In this document: positions 40,601 to 50,591 of the stretch, piece after piece
How the letters are laid out: the number at the start of each line of letters is the position of its first letter
How positions within the stretch are numbered: position 1 is the first letter of the stretch
DNA from: Synechococcales cyanobacterium VAR_4_metabat_354
GTDB lineage: Bacteria > Cyanobacteriota > Cyanobacteriia > Cyanobacteriales > Chamaesiphonaceae
Length of the DNA: 64,000 nucleotides
Direction of reading: 5' to 3'
NCBI GenBank assembly: GCA_031414775.1
Contig: JANOQI010000059.1
Location: forward strand, 14,182 to 78,181
Notes under the pieces: generated by a model
Told to the model about the DNA's origin: nothing
What the model saw: only the letters and a program-made list of their open reading frames with translations
The model's database searches: none
Made by a program: the position numbers and the translations under genes

Positions 40601-40755
40601 AAATTGATCCGGCGACTTGGCAGGATGGACGGGAGCAGATTTTTGCGGTGTGGCGGCGCAATTTCCACTTCGATCGGGTGCCAGAATTTTTGCCAGCGCC
40701 AGAGTTGGTGACGGATGATCGATCGGATCTGGCTGATCAGGTAGTAGTCGTTTAG
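37624..40755 (+). CDS. CyRepA1-family replication protein (DUF3854 primase-like + helicase-like origin-binding domain)
   Basis: KYEHP, ICEGAKKAAALLSQGY.AIGLPG, ICFD, KGVDE; Walker A SAKGTGKT, IILDEVEQ, TLGTGVSID, QALARVR. Confidence 0.88.
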   Translation: MPSSILDSNHYAEIVHVSGIAEGLASLNFHSLSGEACYEYLFISPELPRNNLGQVTPGWMRRYTNCTHGGWWCAGLDPVADWQQMEWGTFKPDEPKFSRENKVIKYEHPPQMATRLFCLRVTADVWQQVAQRYAKSLPANFAEQTDRFWAWVLDSALPIVICEGAKKAAALLSQGYIAIGLPGINSGYRVRKDLAGNVIDRYLIPDLAVFANNQREIYICFDYETKPKTIDGVNRAIAHLGEVCQTQQCAVKVVRLPGPEKGVDEFVVAQGPEKFAEIHDLALDLETDLAKTHPHHRLTYPVALTLNQRYLQRLDFPESGIVGVKSAKGTGKTTALIPLIETAHQQERPILLLTHRIQLGRFLCERIGVNWINSSLEQSPKDGVGLCLDSLWKLNPEHWLGGIIILDEVEQSLWHLLNSSTCKSKRLNILRTFQRLINQVLASGGLIVAQDADLSDIAIDYLVKLAGCEIEPWVVVNEWQPAVGWEVNFFDTPNPAALISQLEQDLLAGYKCYVTTDSRSGRYGSDTLDRYIRSQLQHLESRYHKTLVICSHTTNTTNHPAVNFATQINDRVSEYDAVFVTPTLGTGVSIDVEHFDRVYGLFQGVIPDPEVRQALARVRANVPRYLWCTKRGVGMLGSGSNNYRTLAFWYQENYKESYALMCPLQAIDVDLPLVYDPMHLRTWSKFAARINASITLYRESIKASLLLEGHQIKVINDDSDREKLMELRQALVAAAKTDKQQARKLMSEIFAMQQQTEVQTKKHQLIKDTTKNIQQQVKLQAAQAIAKSPDLGAAEYQFLAGKRFLSEAERRQISKYMLKQRYGVKITAKLQLKDEQGYYNQLLTHFYLIHQHQLLERDILASTSGDRQPRNIDGQLLLPINREQPEHQVFLPDINNYTLKIQGLVALGIPDLLDPQRQFRATDPDVLALKQSACLCSQHIRRAIGLSIAVKTKAVTKDSSIVILGKFLGLFGLKLKVIKAQTGGEEPKDKIYQIDPATWQDGREQIFAVWRRNFHFDRVPEFLPAPELVTDDRSDLADQVVVV

Positions 40756-40779
40756 AGATGTAACTGGAATGAGCGCGCC

Positions 40780-40915
40780 TTAACTTTCTGCTTCGGGGGC
40801 AAATATGATCCCCTCAAATACTTGCTCGATGGGGAAAGTTAAATTCCTGCATTTCCTCCCATTCCAGATATTCTGCGGGGGTAAGTTGAGGAAAGTGTTC
40901 TGGTGCAGCAATCAT
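40780..40915 (-). pseudogene. Internally deleted Uma2-family endonuclease remnant
   Basis: MIAAPEHFPQLTPAEYLEWEEMQEF joined out of frame to LTFPIEQVFEGIIFAPEAES*. Confidence 0.7.
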
Positions 40916-41092
40916 TGGCGATCTCCTGAGCTGGCTGATAGTAAAATCATACCATTTTGAATCTTGGTGAATTGATTGAGCATCTATAAATGATGCTGCT
41001 TTGACTGCTTATTCTATCTAGTATTACGGATATAGAGTCTTGTTTCTGGAAAACGATTACAATGGCTGCTGTAGTTGTTTTTAGGATGCAGC

Positions 41093-41527
41093 ATGGCTCT
41101 TTCTGTCGGTGCCAAGGCACCAGATTTTAATGTTAAAGACACCAACGGCAACACAGTGGTGCTGTCTACTTTCTTAGGTCAGAAGGTGGTGATGTATTTT
41201 TACCCGAAAGATGACACGCCCGGTTGCACGAAGCAGGCTTGCAGTTTTCGGGACAATTATGCGACTTATTTGCAAAAGGGCATTACGGTTTTGGGAGTGA
41301 GCCAAGATGATGAGGCGGCTCACCAGGCTTTTACTAGCAAATTTAGTTTGCCGTTTCCGTTGCTAGCCGATGTGGGTGGGGCGATCTCGAAGGCTTATGA
41401 TGTGGATGCTGGTGGTTATGCCAAGCGGGTAACCTATGTAATTGATGAGAATGGTTCGATCGCACACGTAGATGATACTGTCAGTACTGCTACCCATGCA
41501 GACGATATTTTGAAAGTAGTGGGCTAA
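41093..41527 (+). CDS. bcp: Peroxiredoxin (BCP/PrxQ)
   Basis: YFYPKDDTPGCTKQACSFRD. Confidence 0.93.
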   Translation: MALSVGAKAPDFNVKDTNGNTVVLSTFLGQKVVMYFYPKDDTPGCTKQACSFRDNYATYLQKGITVLGVSQDDEAAHQAFTSKFSLPFPLLADVGGAISKAYDVDAGGYAKRVTYVIDENGSIAHVDDTVSTATHADDILKVVG

Positions 41528-41839
41528 TCTTTAAGGCTTGTGAATTTGCCTCTGGCTGTAATTAGCCAGGGGCTTTTTGTGTTTTTGGGCGGATTGAAGC
41601 TGGTGAAGGATGGAAATAGAAGTGTTGGGTGTTAAGGTTGGCGATCGAATCGTGATACTTGTCACAGGCGAATTCTGTTTCCGCGTAAATACTGATAGTA
41701 GGGTGATCGACACATTATTTGAGTCTGGTGTTTTTAGCTAAGTGATCCAGGAATCGTTCATTTTTGAGCTAAAACTGGGCATCATAACTAGTAGTTGTTT
41801 CCTATTGATTTCTTCTGACTTGGACTTATTTAACTTTCT

Positions 41840-42403
41840 ATGAATAAATTTAGTCGTGTTGATGAGGGCTTCACTCTCGTAGAAATATTAGTGGTGCTAT
41901 TAATTGTTGGTATTTTAGCGACGATTGCTGTTCCTTCTTTGATGGCACAGAAAAAGTCTATGCGATCGGCAATGTCTCAGACAGAATCTATGTTGAAGAC
42001 GGTGAATTTAGTGGCAAGAGCTAATGCTGGCAACCCTTACCGGATTCGATCGATCTACGATGCTGGAGCCGATCGATATCAATTGCGGGTAGAAAGTCGT
42101 CGGAATGGTACTTGTGCTTCAACCGATCAATGGATTGGTGACAACAACAAATTTGTTGATTTACCAGTTGGTATAACTATTGCAGATGAAGATGGCGCAG
42201 CTATCCCATCTGTCAAGGTGGCATCTTTTGCGGCTAATACGATTTGTTTTAATAGCCGGGGCGAGAGTAATGGGGGCGAGAAAAAGTTTAGCCTTGTCGA
42301 TACCCAGAGCCAGTCCAAAGTATATCGGGCAAAAATGTCTGTAAGTGTTGTGGGTGACGTGTCGGTTACTAAATTTGATGACAATGGAATACTGCTTTAC
42401 TAG
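41840..42403 (+). CDS. Type IV minor pilin (FimT/FimU-like)
   Basis: GFTLVEILVVLLIVGILATIAVP prepilin motif; ICFNSRG. Confidence 0.88.
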   Translation: MNKFSRVDEGFTLVEILVVLLIVGILATIAVPSLMAQKKSMRSAMSQTESMLKTVNLVARANAGNPYRIRSIYDAGADRYQLRVESRRNGTCASTDQWIGDNNKFVDLPVGITIADEDGAAIPSVKVASFAANTICFNSRGESNGGEKKFSLVDTQSQSKVYRAKMSVSVVGDVSVTKFDDNGILLY

Positions 42404-42452
42404 TCAACAAATTAGGCTATCAATAAAATATCAAGAATTTGAGGGCAATCAT

Positions 42453-42935
42453 GTGGCTGTAGTTAATAGAGCTATTAGTAAATATAAAAAAAATAAGCAG
42501 GGCAATGCAAATCAAGGTTTTGGCATTTTGGAGGCCTCGATCGCTCTTACTACTCTGGGTGTAACACTAGCTTATGCCATGCCCCTATTTTTGTACTCTA
42601 AGATGAATAACTCTAAGAGTGAAATCAGAACCGGTGGCATGATGGTGGCGCAGAGAATTTTAGATAAAACACGCGGCACGCCTTTTACAGCTATTTGTTC
42701 AACAGGAACTGTTGCTTTGAGCAGTACCGCTACTACTGATACTTGTCAGTCTGGAGCCACATTAGGTGATATTAAAACTGATTTAACAGCCATGGGGCGC
42801 ACTTACACTGCTAGAACATTCCACTGTGAAACTGCTAGTGATTGCTCTACTAATTACAAAACACTAAGAGTAGAGATTAAACAAAATGGGGCAACAATAT
42901 ATGAAATGTCTGCGGGTTTCACAAACTTCCGATAA
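42453..42935 (+). CDS. Type IV minor pilin (PilV-like)
   Basis: QGFGILEASIAL prepilin motif; likely GTG start after GAGGG. Confidence 0.8.
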   Translation: MAVVNRAISKYKKNKQGNANQGFGILEASIALTTLGVTLAYAMPLFLYSKMNNSKSEIRTGGMMVAQRILDKTRGTPFTAICSTGTVALSSTATTDTCQSGATLGDIKTDLTAMGRTYTARTFHCETASDCSTNYKTLRVEIKQNGATIYEMSAGFTNFR

Positions 42936-44031
42936 GGGTTTTACTATCTTAGAAATGATGGTAGGAATATCTATGACTTTAGCTGTTAGTGGTATAGCTT
43001 TGGCGGCTTTGTCTAATGCTGAAAGAGGGTTTACTAAAGATAAAGGTAAAGTAGAAGGGGGTCAAAAGCTATCTTCGGTCATTGATACTATTGGCCGCGA
43101 AATTGTGCAAGCAGGTGAAGAAATTAATGATCCTCGGTTTCCTGTAATTAAAGTTACCCCAGATATTGATCCAAATCCTCTTACGAATAAAGGCTCAAGA
43201 ATAATCATCTATCGTGGTCTAGAGGAAGCATTGTCGCTCTGTAGTGCCCTGCCCTCTACTAATGCTTTAGCTACTGGAGCTACAACTACTACATTATCAC
43301 TGACTTCTACAAATAGTGGTGTGCAATTAGAGAATTCATCTTGTATTCCTCCTGCTACTCCTACGACTCCTGCTTACCCTAGTAATGTACAAGATTGGAT
43401 CGCGAAGAGAACGGCTAGTAACAATCCAACACCCGGCCAGTCAACATTTTTTCTTCATGATGGTCAAGGAAACATCCAGCGACTCTTATTAACTGGTGAG
43501 ACTAAGACTAGTGCCAGTGGTCTTGATACAATTGGTTTGACTGTATCATCAAATCCAACAACCCCAACAGCTATCACCTCACTCTTTAATTTTCCTAATA
43601 GAAGCACCCTAAATCTAGTTGAAAAACGTGAGTATTTAATTTGCAGTAATGCTGGTGTAAATGAATTAAAAGTAAGAATTAATAATCCTAACGAAGGTAG
43701 CTGTGCCACTACTGGAACCTCACTGGGGGTTTCTTTGACAGATTCAGCGACATCTCCCTTTAAAACTGTTGCTACTAAAATCAACAAGATGAATATTACT
43801 TTGACAACGGCGGATACAGCTACACCACCTAACATAACCGATCGTCCAGATACTATCTTCCCCATCACTGGTGCAACACCTGTGGATTGGCGTGATTTAC
43901 GTGGGGTTACAGTAAAAATTACTGCTCCCAATCCTGATACAAATGCTGACTTGATGGCTGCCGATAAACGTAACATTGATGCTTCCGGTCGTTTCTATCC
44001 GCGTAATATCTTGTCAACTAATGCTCAATAG
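42901..44031 (+). CDS. Type IV minor pilin (PilW-like)
   Basis: KGFTILEMMVG; IGREIVQAG; C-terminal FYPRN. Confidence 0.82.
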   Translation: MKCLRVSQTSDKGFTILEMMVGISMTLAVSGIALAALSNAERGFTKDKGKVEGGQKLSSVIDTIGREIVQAGEEINDPRFPVIKVTPDIDPNPLTNKGSRIIIYRGLEEALSLCSALPSTNALATGATTTTLSLTSTNSGVQLENSSCIPPATPTTPAYPSNVQDWIAKRTASNNPTPGQSTFFLHDGQGNIQRLLLTGETKTSASGLDTIGLTVSSNPTTPTAITSLFNFPNRSTLNLVEKREYLICSNAGVNELKVRINNPNEGSCATTGTSLGVSLTDSATSPFKTVATKINKMNITLTTADTATPPNITDRPDTIFPITGATPVDWRDLRGVTVKITAPNPDTNADLMAADKRNIDASGRFYPRNILSTNAQ

Positions 44032-44067
44032 CTAAACCAAGTTCTGTAAAAGTAAAACTGAGTAAAT

Positions 44068-46737
44068 ATGAAAATTGATCGCAAACAAATTCGTTATTCT
44101 TTGCAACTTTTAGTACATTTTCAGAAAAACAAGGTGACTAATAATCAAGATGGCTATGCCATGCTGATCACTTCAATTTTAGCTATTTTGATGTTTAGTA
44201 TGCTGAGTGTTTATTTATTTTCAGCTAATCTCTATAAATCAGTTGCTAATGCTGTAGTTGATTCTGGTTCAACTTTCTATGCTGCTGAATCGGGGATGAA
44301 CAGAAGAGCAAACCTGGTTAGAGATAAATTTGAAGGCTATTCTCAGCCAACTGGCACAGAGCCTGATGGTGGAACAAATGTGGCTACTCAAATGCAAAAT
44401 TGTATTAGCAATACCAATATTGGTACTAATGATCTTGCTTGTAATAGAAATGATTTTGATTATAAAGAATCTCAGTGGAAGGCTGCAATTGGTGGCTCTA
44501 AGGAAAGTTTTGAATCGCAGTTTAATAATAATCCTAATATTAAATATCGGGCTTATTCTTTCGTTAAAAGAATTACAACTGACTTGAATCCAGCACTTAC
44601 TAGGATTCCACCAGGAGAAGACTTTGCTGGTTTGAATATGCAGGAATACAAGTATCGATTATATTCAACTGCCATGAAACGAGGGGAAAGTGAATTAACT
44701 AATCCTAATGATTTCTCTGTTGCGGCTCAAACACTACTACAAATGGACTTTAATAGTCGAATTATTCCTCTATTTCAGTTTGCTGCCTTTTATGAGCAAG
44801 ATTTAGAAATTACTAGTTCTTCTAATATGGCCTTGAATGGAGCTGTTCACAGTAACAGTAATATATGGTTTGGTAATGGTGGTACTGTTACTGCTGGTCA
44901 ATTGACAGCTGCTGGGGAAAAAGATGCCAGCGGTAACTGGATTGCTAGTAAGGGTAAAATTTATAAGTCATTGAATAGAGCTTCTACGACTGGTGGACTA
45001 AATCCTGGATATAGATTCATTCTTGGCAGTAATTCGCCTATTAGCGTTGGTAATCCAACTACGGGTGTAATAAATACTGCCAATACTCAGGTAACGGCAA
45101 CTGAGATTGCCAATAGTAATGGGCTTTTGAGGATAAATACGCCCAAGCTAGATATTCCAGGAGCTGGTTTACTAGACACGACTGGTAACTACTTTACCAA
45201 AGCCGATTTGCAAGTGGAGTTTGACCCAGATAATAAAAACAATACTACCCCTCACCCATATGGATTTGGAATGAAATCAGTGCAAGGTGGTACTCCTAAT
45301 ATTTTTACTGATGAGATGTTGAGAAGCTTGCGCCAGCCGGTAATGTTAGTCACTCAGGCTCATAGTGGTGACAATAGAGCTACAGAATGGAGTAACTTGT
45401 GTATCAGGAATGAAGCTAATTTTACTGCCACCGCAGTTAGCAATACTGATACTTGGAGTAGTTTGACTACTGCTGCTACTACCGCCGCTGCCACTGACAG
45501 CAATGCGCTCAGAGATGCGCTTGCTAAATCTTCCACCATCTATACATTTTCACAGCTAAATGGTACGACCTCTATAGGTTCCTTGCCAGGCGACTTAAAA
45601 ACGCAGTTACCTACTTTGACGGCTCTCACGCCTCGTCAGATTGCTAATAAAGCTGGTAATTGCTTCTTGCCAGCTCCTATGTTGGTATTGAATACCCCTA
45701 CAGCGGCTCCGGCTAGTACTGCTCTAGCTTCAGCGGTTGGTCAAACAGATCGCCAGGAAAATCGGCTAATGAAGATTCTCCAGTCTAATATTCATAGCTT
45801 GACCGTCTGGAACCGCGACGGGAGATATAGTAATGCTACCGCTACTGGTGTATTAGATGCTGATGGTAAAGTTTTTGCTCGCATTAGTGCTAATAGTACC
45901 GCCCCAGCTGGTGGTTATGAATGGATGGGATTTGCTGCTAGTGACAGAACTGAAGGCGGTTTAGTTTGGCATTTTTCGGTGAGTAATGTAACCGCTAATT
46001 CATCGGCTTATCCCAGCCCTACTGTTCCGCCGGCTGCTCCGACTGCTGATACAGCTATTAGGAAAAGTCAGTTTGGCTTTGGTTTTTCCGGTGGCCGCTG
46101 GTTACCAGGGCCACTAACTTTGGCCACCGATCAAATTGTCTATGTGCAAGGTGATTTTAATAATCCAGGTGGTTTACAACCTGATAGTATCGGTGATCCT
46201 GTATTTTCTGATAGGAAAGCTGATGGCTCACTTAGAACTGATGGTACGGGTCCACAAAGAATTGAAAACTCTAATCAAAAACAGCCAGCAGCAATAATGG
46301 CCGACGCGATCGGGGTCTTGTCTAACAGCTGTAGAGGTGTTAATGGAGAGTTTAACTGTTTCAATATTATACTTAATAGTCAATTGAATTTGGCTACTCC
46401 TACAAGTATTAATGCTGCGTTTCTAGCAGGGACAACTAATGGATCTGGTCTCAATAACTACATGCGTATGATGGAGAATTGGGGCGGGACAAGTGGTAGT
46501 ATTTTTAGATATCGTGGTTCATTTGTTAGCTTTAGTACCCCGCGAAAGCTTGATGGCATATATCGTGCGAGTAGTAGTACTAATGCAACCACTACAAGCT
46601 ATTACTCGATTCCTAGTCGTGATTTTGGATATGATATTAGTTTTAACACAGTGACTGGTTTGCCACCATTGACTCCTAAAGCAGTTTACTTGAAACAACG
46701 AGTCTTTAGAAGAGACTACAACAACGAGCGCAATTAA
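44068..46737 (+). CDS. Large PilX-like pilin with extended C-terminal domain
   Basis: DGYAMLITSIL (no E5), FYAAESG, PLFQFAAFYEQDLE, GAVHSN, LPPLTP. Confidence 0.8.
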   Translation: MKIDRKQIRYSLQLLVHFQKNKVTNNQDGYAMLITSILAILMFSMLSVYLFSANLYKSVANAVVDSGSTFYAAESGMNRRANLVRDKFEGYSQPTGTEPDGGTNVATQMQNCISNTNIGTNDLACNRNDFDYKESQWKAAIGGSKESFESQFNNNPNIKYRAYSFVKRITTDLNPALTRIPPGEDFAGLNMQEYKYRLYSTAMKRGESELTNPNDFSVAAQTLLQMDFNSRIIPLFQFAAFYEQDLEITSSSNMALNGAVHSNSNIWFGNGGTVTAGQLTAAGEKDASGNWIASKGKIYKSLNRASTTGGLNPGYRFILGSNSPISVGNPTTGVINTANTQVTATEIANSNGLLRINTPKLDIPGAGLLDTTGNYFTKADLQVEFDPDNKNNTTPHPYGFGMKSVQGGTPNIFTDEMLRSLRQPVMLVTQAHSGDNRATEWSNLCIRNEANFTATAVSNTDTWSSLTTAATTAAATDSNALRDALAKSSTIYTFSQLNGTTSIGSLPGDLKTQLPTLTALTPRQIANKAGNCFLPAPMLVLNTPTAAPASTALASAVGQTDRQENRLMKILQSNIHSLTVWNRDGRYSNATATGVLDADGKVFARISANSTAPAGGYEWMGFAASDRTEGGLVWHFSVSNVTANSSAYPSPTVPPAAPTADTAIRKSQFGFGFSGGRWLPGPLTLATDQIVYVQGDFNNPGGLQPDSIGDPVFSDRKADGSLRTDGTGPQRIENSNQKQPAAIMADAIGVLSNSCRGVNGEFNCFNIILNSQLNLATPTSINAAFLAGTTNGSGLNNYMRMMENWGGTSGSIFRYRGSFVSFSTPRKLDGIYRASSSTNATTTSYYSIPSRDFGYDISFNTVTGLPPLTPKAVYLKQRVFRRDYNNERN

Positions 46738-46763
46738 TCTCTGAATATAACTATAATTAAGTG

Positions 46764-46797
46764 GTTGCTAGTAAACGAATGATTTTACTAGCAACTT
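46764..46797. terminator. Hairpin terminator after the pilin cluster
   Basis: GTTGCTAGTAAA / TTTACTAGCAAC. Confidence 0.6.
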
Positions 46798-46876
46798 TCG
46801 CTTTTAACCCGCCTTTACCACCGTCGTCGATCGATTCGTTGAGTGTGAATCACGGTTATAGCGATTTCCAGCGCAG

Positions 46877-47293
46877 CTATTGGACAACAGCACTATTTAA
46901 TAACGGCGTATCTCGCCCCGCCAACAACTCATCATAATCACGAACTTCAATTAAATTATTGCGATCGTCCACCATCACCACTTGGGGACGATGATCGGCC
47001 ATCTCAGCCGTATCGAACTGAGCATAGGTCATAATAATTAGCCGATCGCCTTTTTCACCTAACCGCGCTGCTGCTCCATTAAGTTCGATCGATCCCTCAC
47101 CAGCTGGCGCGGCGATCGCATAGGTCACAAAACGCTGACCATTATTGACATTCACCACCTGCACCTGCTCATAGGGAATAATGTTGGCAGCCTGTAGCAG
47201 CAGCTCATCAACACTAATGCTACCCATGTATTGTAAATTAGCATCAGTAACAGTGCAGCTATGAATTTTTCCAGACAACAATGTGCGGTACAT
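46877..47293 (-). CDS. panD: Aspartate 1-decarboxylase
   Basis: [26 protein letters not shown]. Confidence 0.96.
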   Translation of the reverse strand: MYRTLLSGKIHSCTVTDANLQYMGSISVDELLLQAANIIPYEQVQVVNVNNGQRFVTYAIAAPAGEGSIELNGAAARLGEKGDRLIIMTYAQFDTAEMADHRPQVVMVDDRNNLIEVRDYDELLAGRDTPLLNSAVVQ

Positions 47294-47360
47294 AGGGTTA
47301 GAAATTTAGAGAAAAATAACTCATATCCCCTTTGCCAAAGGGGATTGAGGAGAATTTAGA

Positions 47361-47885
47361 TTACTTGTCAGCAGCAATACACTTATCAACTAGGGCTTGC
47401 ACTTCACTGGCATCTTTCCAACCCAAGATTTCGGTTACTTTCTTTTCGAGGTTCTTGTAGGTTTTAAAGAACTCAGTGATTTCATCGAGCCGATGTTGGG
47501 AAATATCATGAATCGATTTAACCTGGGCATAGCGCGGATCTTTGTCCGGTACACACAAAATCTTCTCATCTCGATCGCCACCATCAATCATTTCCAACAT
47601 GCCGATCGGACGAGCAGCAATTACACAACCAGGAAAAGTAGGCTGATCCATAATCACCATTGCATCTAAAGGATCGCCATCATCGCCCAAAGTATTAGGA
47701 ATGAAGCCATAATCGCAAGGGTACTGCACCGACGAGAACAACACCCGATCGAGAGCGAAGGCATTCAAATCTTTGTCAAATTCGTACTTGTTCTTGCTGC
47801 CAGCAGCGATTTCGATAAGGACATTAATAATCCCTGGTTTTGGCTGAGCCGGAATCCGCGCTAAATCCACAGTAAAATTCTCCAA
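47361..47885 (-). CDS. ppa: Inorganic pyrophosphatase
   Basis: KNKYE, LDR, YGFIP..DGDPLD, DEK; true start may be GTG at 47870. Confidence 0.96.
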   Translation of the reverse strand: MENFTVDLARIPAQPKPGIINVLIEIAAGSKNKYEFDKDLNAFALDRVLFSSVQYPCDYGFIPNTLGDDGDPLDAMVIMDQPTFPGCVIAARPIGMLEMIDGGDRDEKILCVPDKDPRYAQVKSIHDISQHRLDEITEFFKTYKNLEKKVTEILGWKDASEVQALVDKCIAADK

Positions 47886-47956
47886 ATAACAACATCAGGG
47901 AAGTTAATCCCTTGAACATTTTACTTGGAGAACGACGCACTCACCGCAAGTGCTGG

Positions 47957-48133
47957 TTATTTCACGGTAGAGACCTCGGTGGCCACAATCCCTGGGGGAC
48001 TACTGGGCGAATAAGTAGCGATCGCCACAATTGGTAAGGTCAAGGTCAGGAGGGCAATAATCGTTCCCCAAACTTCTTCCCAGGCATGGGTACTAGCAGG
48101 CAAAGATTTATTTGATGACGGCGCAGGGTCCAT
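47957..48133 (-). CDS. Small single-TM protein (58 aa, not in ORF track)
   Basis: MDPAPSS..VWGTIIALLTLTLPIVAIATYS. Confidence 0.6.
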   Translation of the reverse strand: MDPAPSSNKSLPASTHAWEEVWGTIIALLTLTLPIVAIATYSPSSPPGIVATEVSTVK

Positions 48134-48355
48134 TTAGAAATTCTATAATTCAACATTGGTAGAAGGGGCTTTTTGAGCTGATTATCTACCACTATTACTA
48201 TAGTACCCATTGTTTCGAGATAAATTTGTGCTGGTCATTACAGATAACCGTATTTTCAGGCGGGTGGGATCGCCAACCCAGCGCTGATCCCCATTGTTAG
48301 CAGTTATTAATTTTTCCTTAAGGTGTTGTTAATTGCTGATTATATTTGCAAATAC

Positions 48356-49600
48356 TTATGGCCGAATCATCCGCCACAAGTCACCTAACAAATAAAGTGA
48401 GCCAGACATCACCACCAGATTAGGGCGGAAATAGGCTGCACTTAATCCAGTCGGCCAATCTACATGGGCATGCGACTCAATTTCGGGATGGATCGATCGA
48501 GCAACTTCCACCAGCTCAGCCGGATCGGCAGTGAGTTCGTCTGGCACCGGCACAAAATGCACCGCATCCCCGGTTCGCAGCAACGCTTGCAAAATGGGTA
48601 AATGTTCTTTGGTAGTCAGCATCCCCATCACCCAGGTCACTGGCTTGTGCAGGGTATCAACATAACAGCGGAGGGCGATTGCCGACTCAATATTATGGGC
48701 ACCATCAATCAGCAAAGGCTGGCCTTGCCAAACCGTCCATTGCAGCCTTCCTGGCCATTGGGTCTGTGCCATCCCCTGCTGAGTCGCGGCCAGATCAATT
48801 TGCCAGCCTTGTTTTTGCAGAACTTGAATAGTAGCGATCGCCAGTGCGGAGTTATGGAGCTGAATATCTCCCAACAGCGGTAAAGGATATTCAATACCAT
48901 AGGCTATAGCTCTGCGCTGCGGTTCAGGCTGGAGTTCAATAGCAGGTTCAATTTGGGTGAGCGCACACTGCAAGTCAGCAGCTTTTTGCCGGATCACAGT
49001 CACAGCCGCTGGTGGCAGTTGGCCAATAACTACCGGGCAACCCCACTTAATAATCCCGGCTTTCTCGGCGGCAATTTCTGGGATGGTTTCGCCGAGCTGC
49101 TGGCAATGCTCGCGACTAATGCTGGTAATTACACTCACCAGCGGCTGATCTATAACGTTAGTAGCATCCAGTCGTCCGCCCAACCCCACTTCAATTACCG
49201 CAATATCGACCCGCTCCTGGGCAAAGTACAACCAAGCGGCAGTAGTAATCAGCTCAAACTTAGTCAGAGCATGGTCTGTGACCGTATTTTGAATCTGATG
49301 AACAATGGCCGTTAATCGATCGGTCTCGATCGGCTGACCATCAATACAAATCCGCTCGTTCCAATCCACTAAATGAGGCGAAGTATAGCGCCCCACCTTG
49401 TGACCCGCTGCTGTTAGGATACTGGCCAAGTAAGCACAAGTGGAACCTTTACCATTCGTACCCGCCACATGCACCATCGGCAAGGCACAGTGGGGATTAC
49501 CCAACACGGCTAGCACTTCTTTAATATTCTCTAGTCCCAGCTTGACACCCGATCGATGCCAAGGCAGCAAAATGGCATCCAAATCTACCAAATTTTCCAT
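48356..49600 (-). CDS. folC: Folylpolyglutamate/dihydrofolate synthase
   Basis: HVAGTNGKGS, YTSPHL, EVGLGGRLDATN, WPGR, DGAHN. Confidence 0.96.
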   Translation of the reverse strand: MENLVDLDAILLPWHRSGVKLGLENIKEVLAVLGNPHCALPMVHVAGTNGKGSTCAYLASILTAAGHKVGRYTSPHLVDWNERICIDGQPIETDRLTAIVHQIQNTVTDHALTKFELITTAAWLYFAQERVDIAVIEVGLGGRLDATNVIDQPLVSVITSISREHCQQLGETIPEIAAEKAGIIKWGCPVVIGQLPPAAVTVIRQKAADLQCALTQIEPAIELQPEPQRRAIAYGIEYPLPLLGDIQLHNSALAIATIQVLQKQGWQIDLAATQQGMAQTQWPGRLQWTVWQGQPLLIDGAHNIESAIALRCYVDTLHKPVTWVMGMLTTKEHLPILQALLRTGDAVHFVPVPDELTADPAELVEVARSIHPEIESHAHVDWPTGLSAAYFRPNLVVMSGSLYLLGDLWRMIRP

Positions 49601-49603
49601 TGC

Positions 49604-50551
49604 TTAATCCATGGTCAGCTCACCACAGACATCTAGTCTAGTGAACTGCCCCACATTAATAAACTTAACCGCTAGTGTTTCAAAAACAGCCGGACTAATC
49701 CAGCCCATCTGTTGCAATAGATAGAGAGCAGTGGCATATTTACTACGGGCGCTGCCGTCATTAGCCTTAATCGCCAAACCCATGCCTTCGCCCACTTTGC
49801 CCACACACTGAATACCTTCAGCGCCAGATTTACTAACCAATTCCCCTTGAGTCAAGCGCATTAGCTCCGTATCAAAGCGCCCTTCACCGCCAATAAGTTC
49901 AGGATGATGCACCATCGATCGCATGATTCTTTCTAAATCTAAGCTCTGCCCAGCGGCCAACTGCGCGTAGAGAATCGCCATATGATCCAATTGCAATAAA
50001 TAAGTCGGTGCCCCGCAGTCATCACAAGCTCCAATAAATTCTTCGGCGGGCATTTTCAACAACTCCGCAAATTTTTGTTGAATTAGCTTTTGCAGCGGAT
50101 GATGGCGCTCTAGATAGTTACTCAACGGCCAGTCATGGGCTTTACAGGTGGCCAACATCCCAGCATGTTTACCAGAGCAGTTGTGCTCTAAAGGACTAGT
50201 TTTACCAGCCGGAATCGGACATTGCAGATCGCTGGTTTCTAGCTCAGCCCGCCATAGAATATGGAATGCTTGCCGAGCCTGATAAATTTCACCGGCGTGG
50301 GAGCTACACATGATCGCCAGATCTCGATCGCTTAATTGATAGCGCTCCATGACACCACTGCTAGTGGCGGCTTGGGCTTGAAAAGGCTTCAGTGCCGATC
50401 GAATAAAGGTGGGATAACCAGCATCACCAGCCACCGACAAAACACGGCCACGATAATCGCAGACCACTGCTTGGGCATGTTGGACAGATTCGACCAGACC
50501 CTCCCGTAGCAGGTTGACGGTAATCTCAGGAGCGCGTTTTCCTCTGGCCAT
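49604..50551 (-). CDS. Asparaginase II-like (AnsA-type) protein
   Basis: RSALKPFQA, CSSHAG, HNCSGKHAGML, DDCGAP, KSGAEG. Confidence 0.88.
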   Translation of the reverse strand: MARGKRAPEITVNLLREGLVESVQHAQAVVCDYRGRVLSVAGDAGYPTFIRSALKPFQAQAATSSGVMERYQLSDRDLAIMCSSHAGEIYQARQAFHILWRAELETSDLQCPIPAGKTSPLEHNCSGKHAGMLATCKAHDWPLSNYLERHHPLQKLIQQKFAELLKMPAEEFIGACDDCGAPTYLLQLDHMAILYAQLAAGQSLDLERIMRSMVHHPELIGGEGRFDTELMRLTQGELVSKSGAEGIQCVGKVGEGMGLAIKANDGSARSKYATALYLLQQMGWISPAVFETLAVKFINVGQFTRLDVCGELTMD

Positions 50552-50591
50552 TCCATTTCTCTGTTGTAGTGCAGTCGATATTTTAGCAGAA

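Noticed and set aside
37226..40915. Second integrated element at tRNA-Asn
   Set aside because: No integrase or duplicated tRNA end seen, and the rep gene lies on the 5' side of the tRNA
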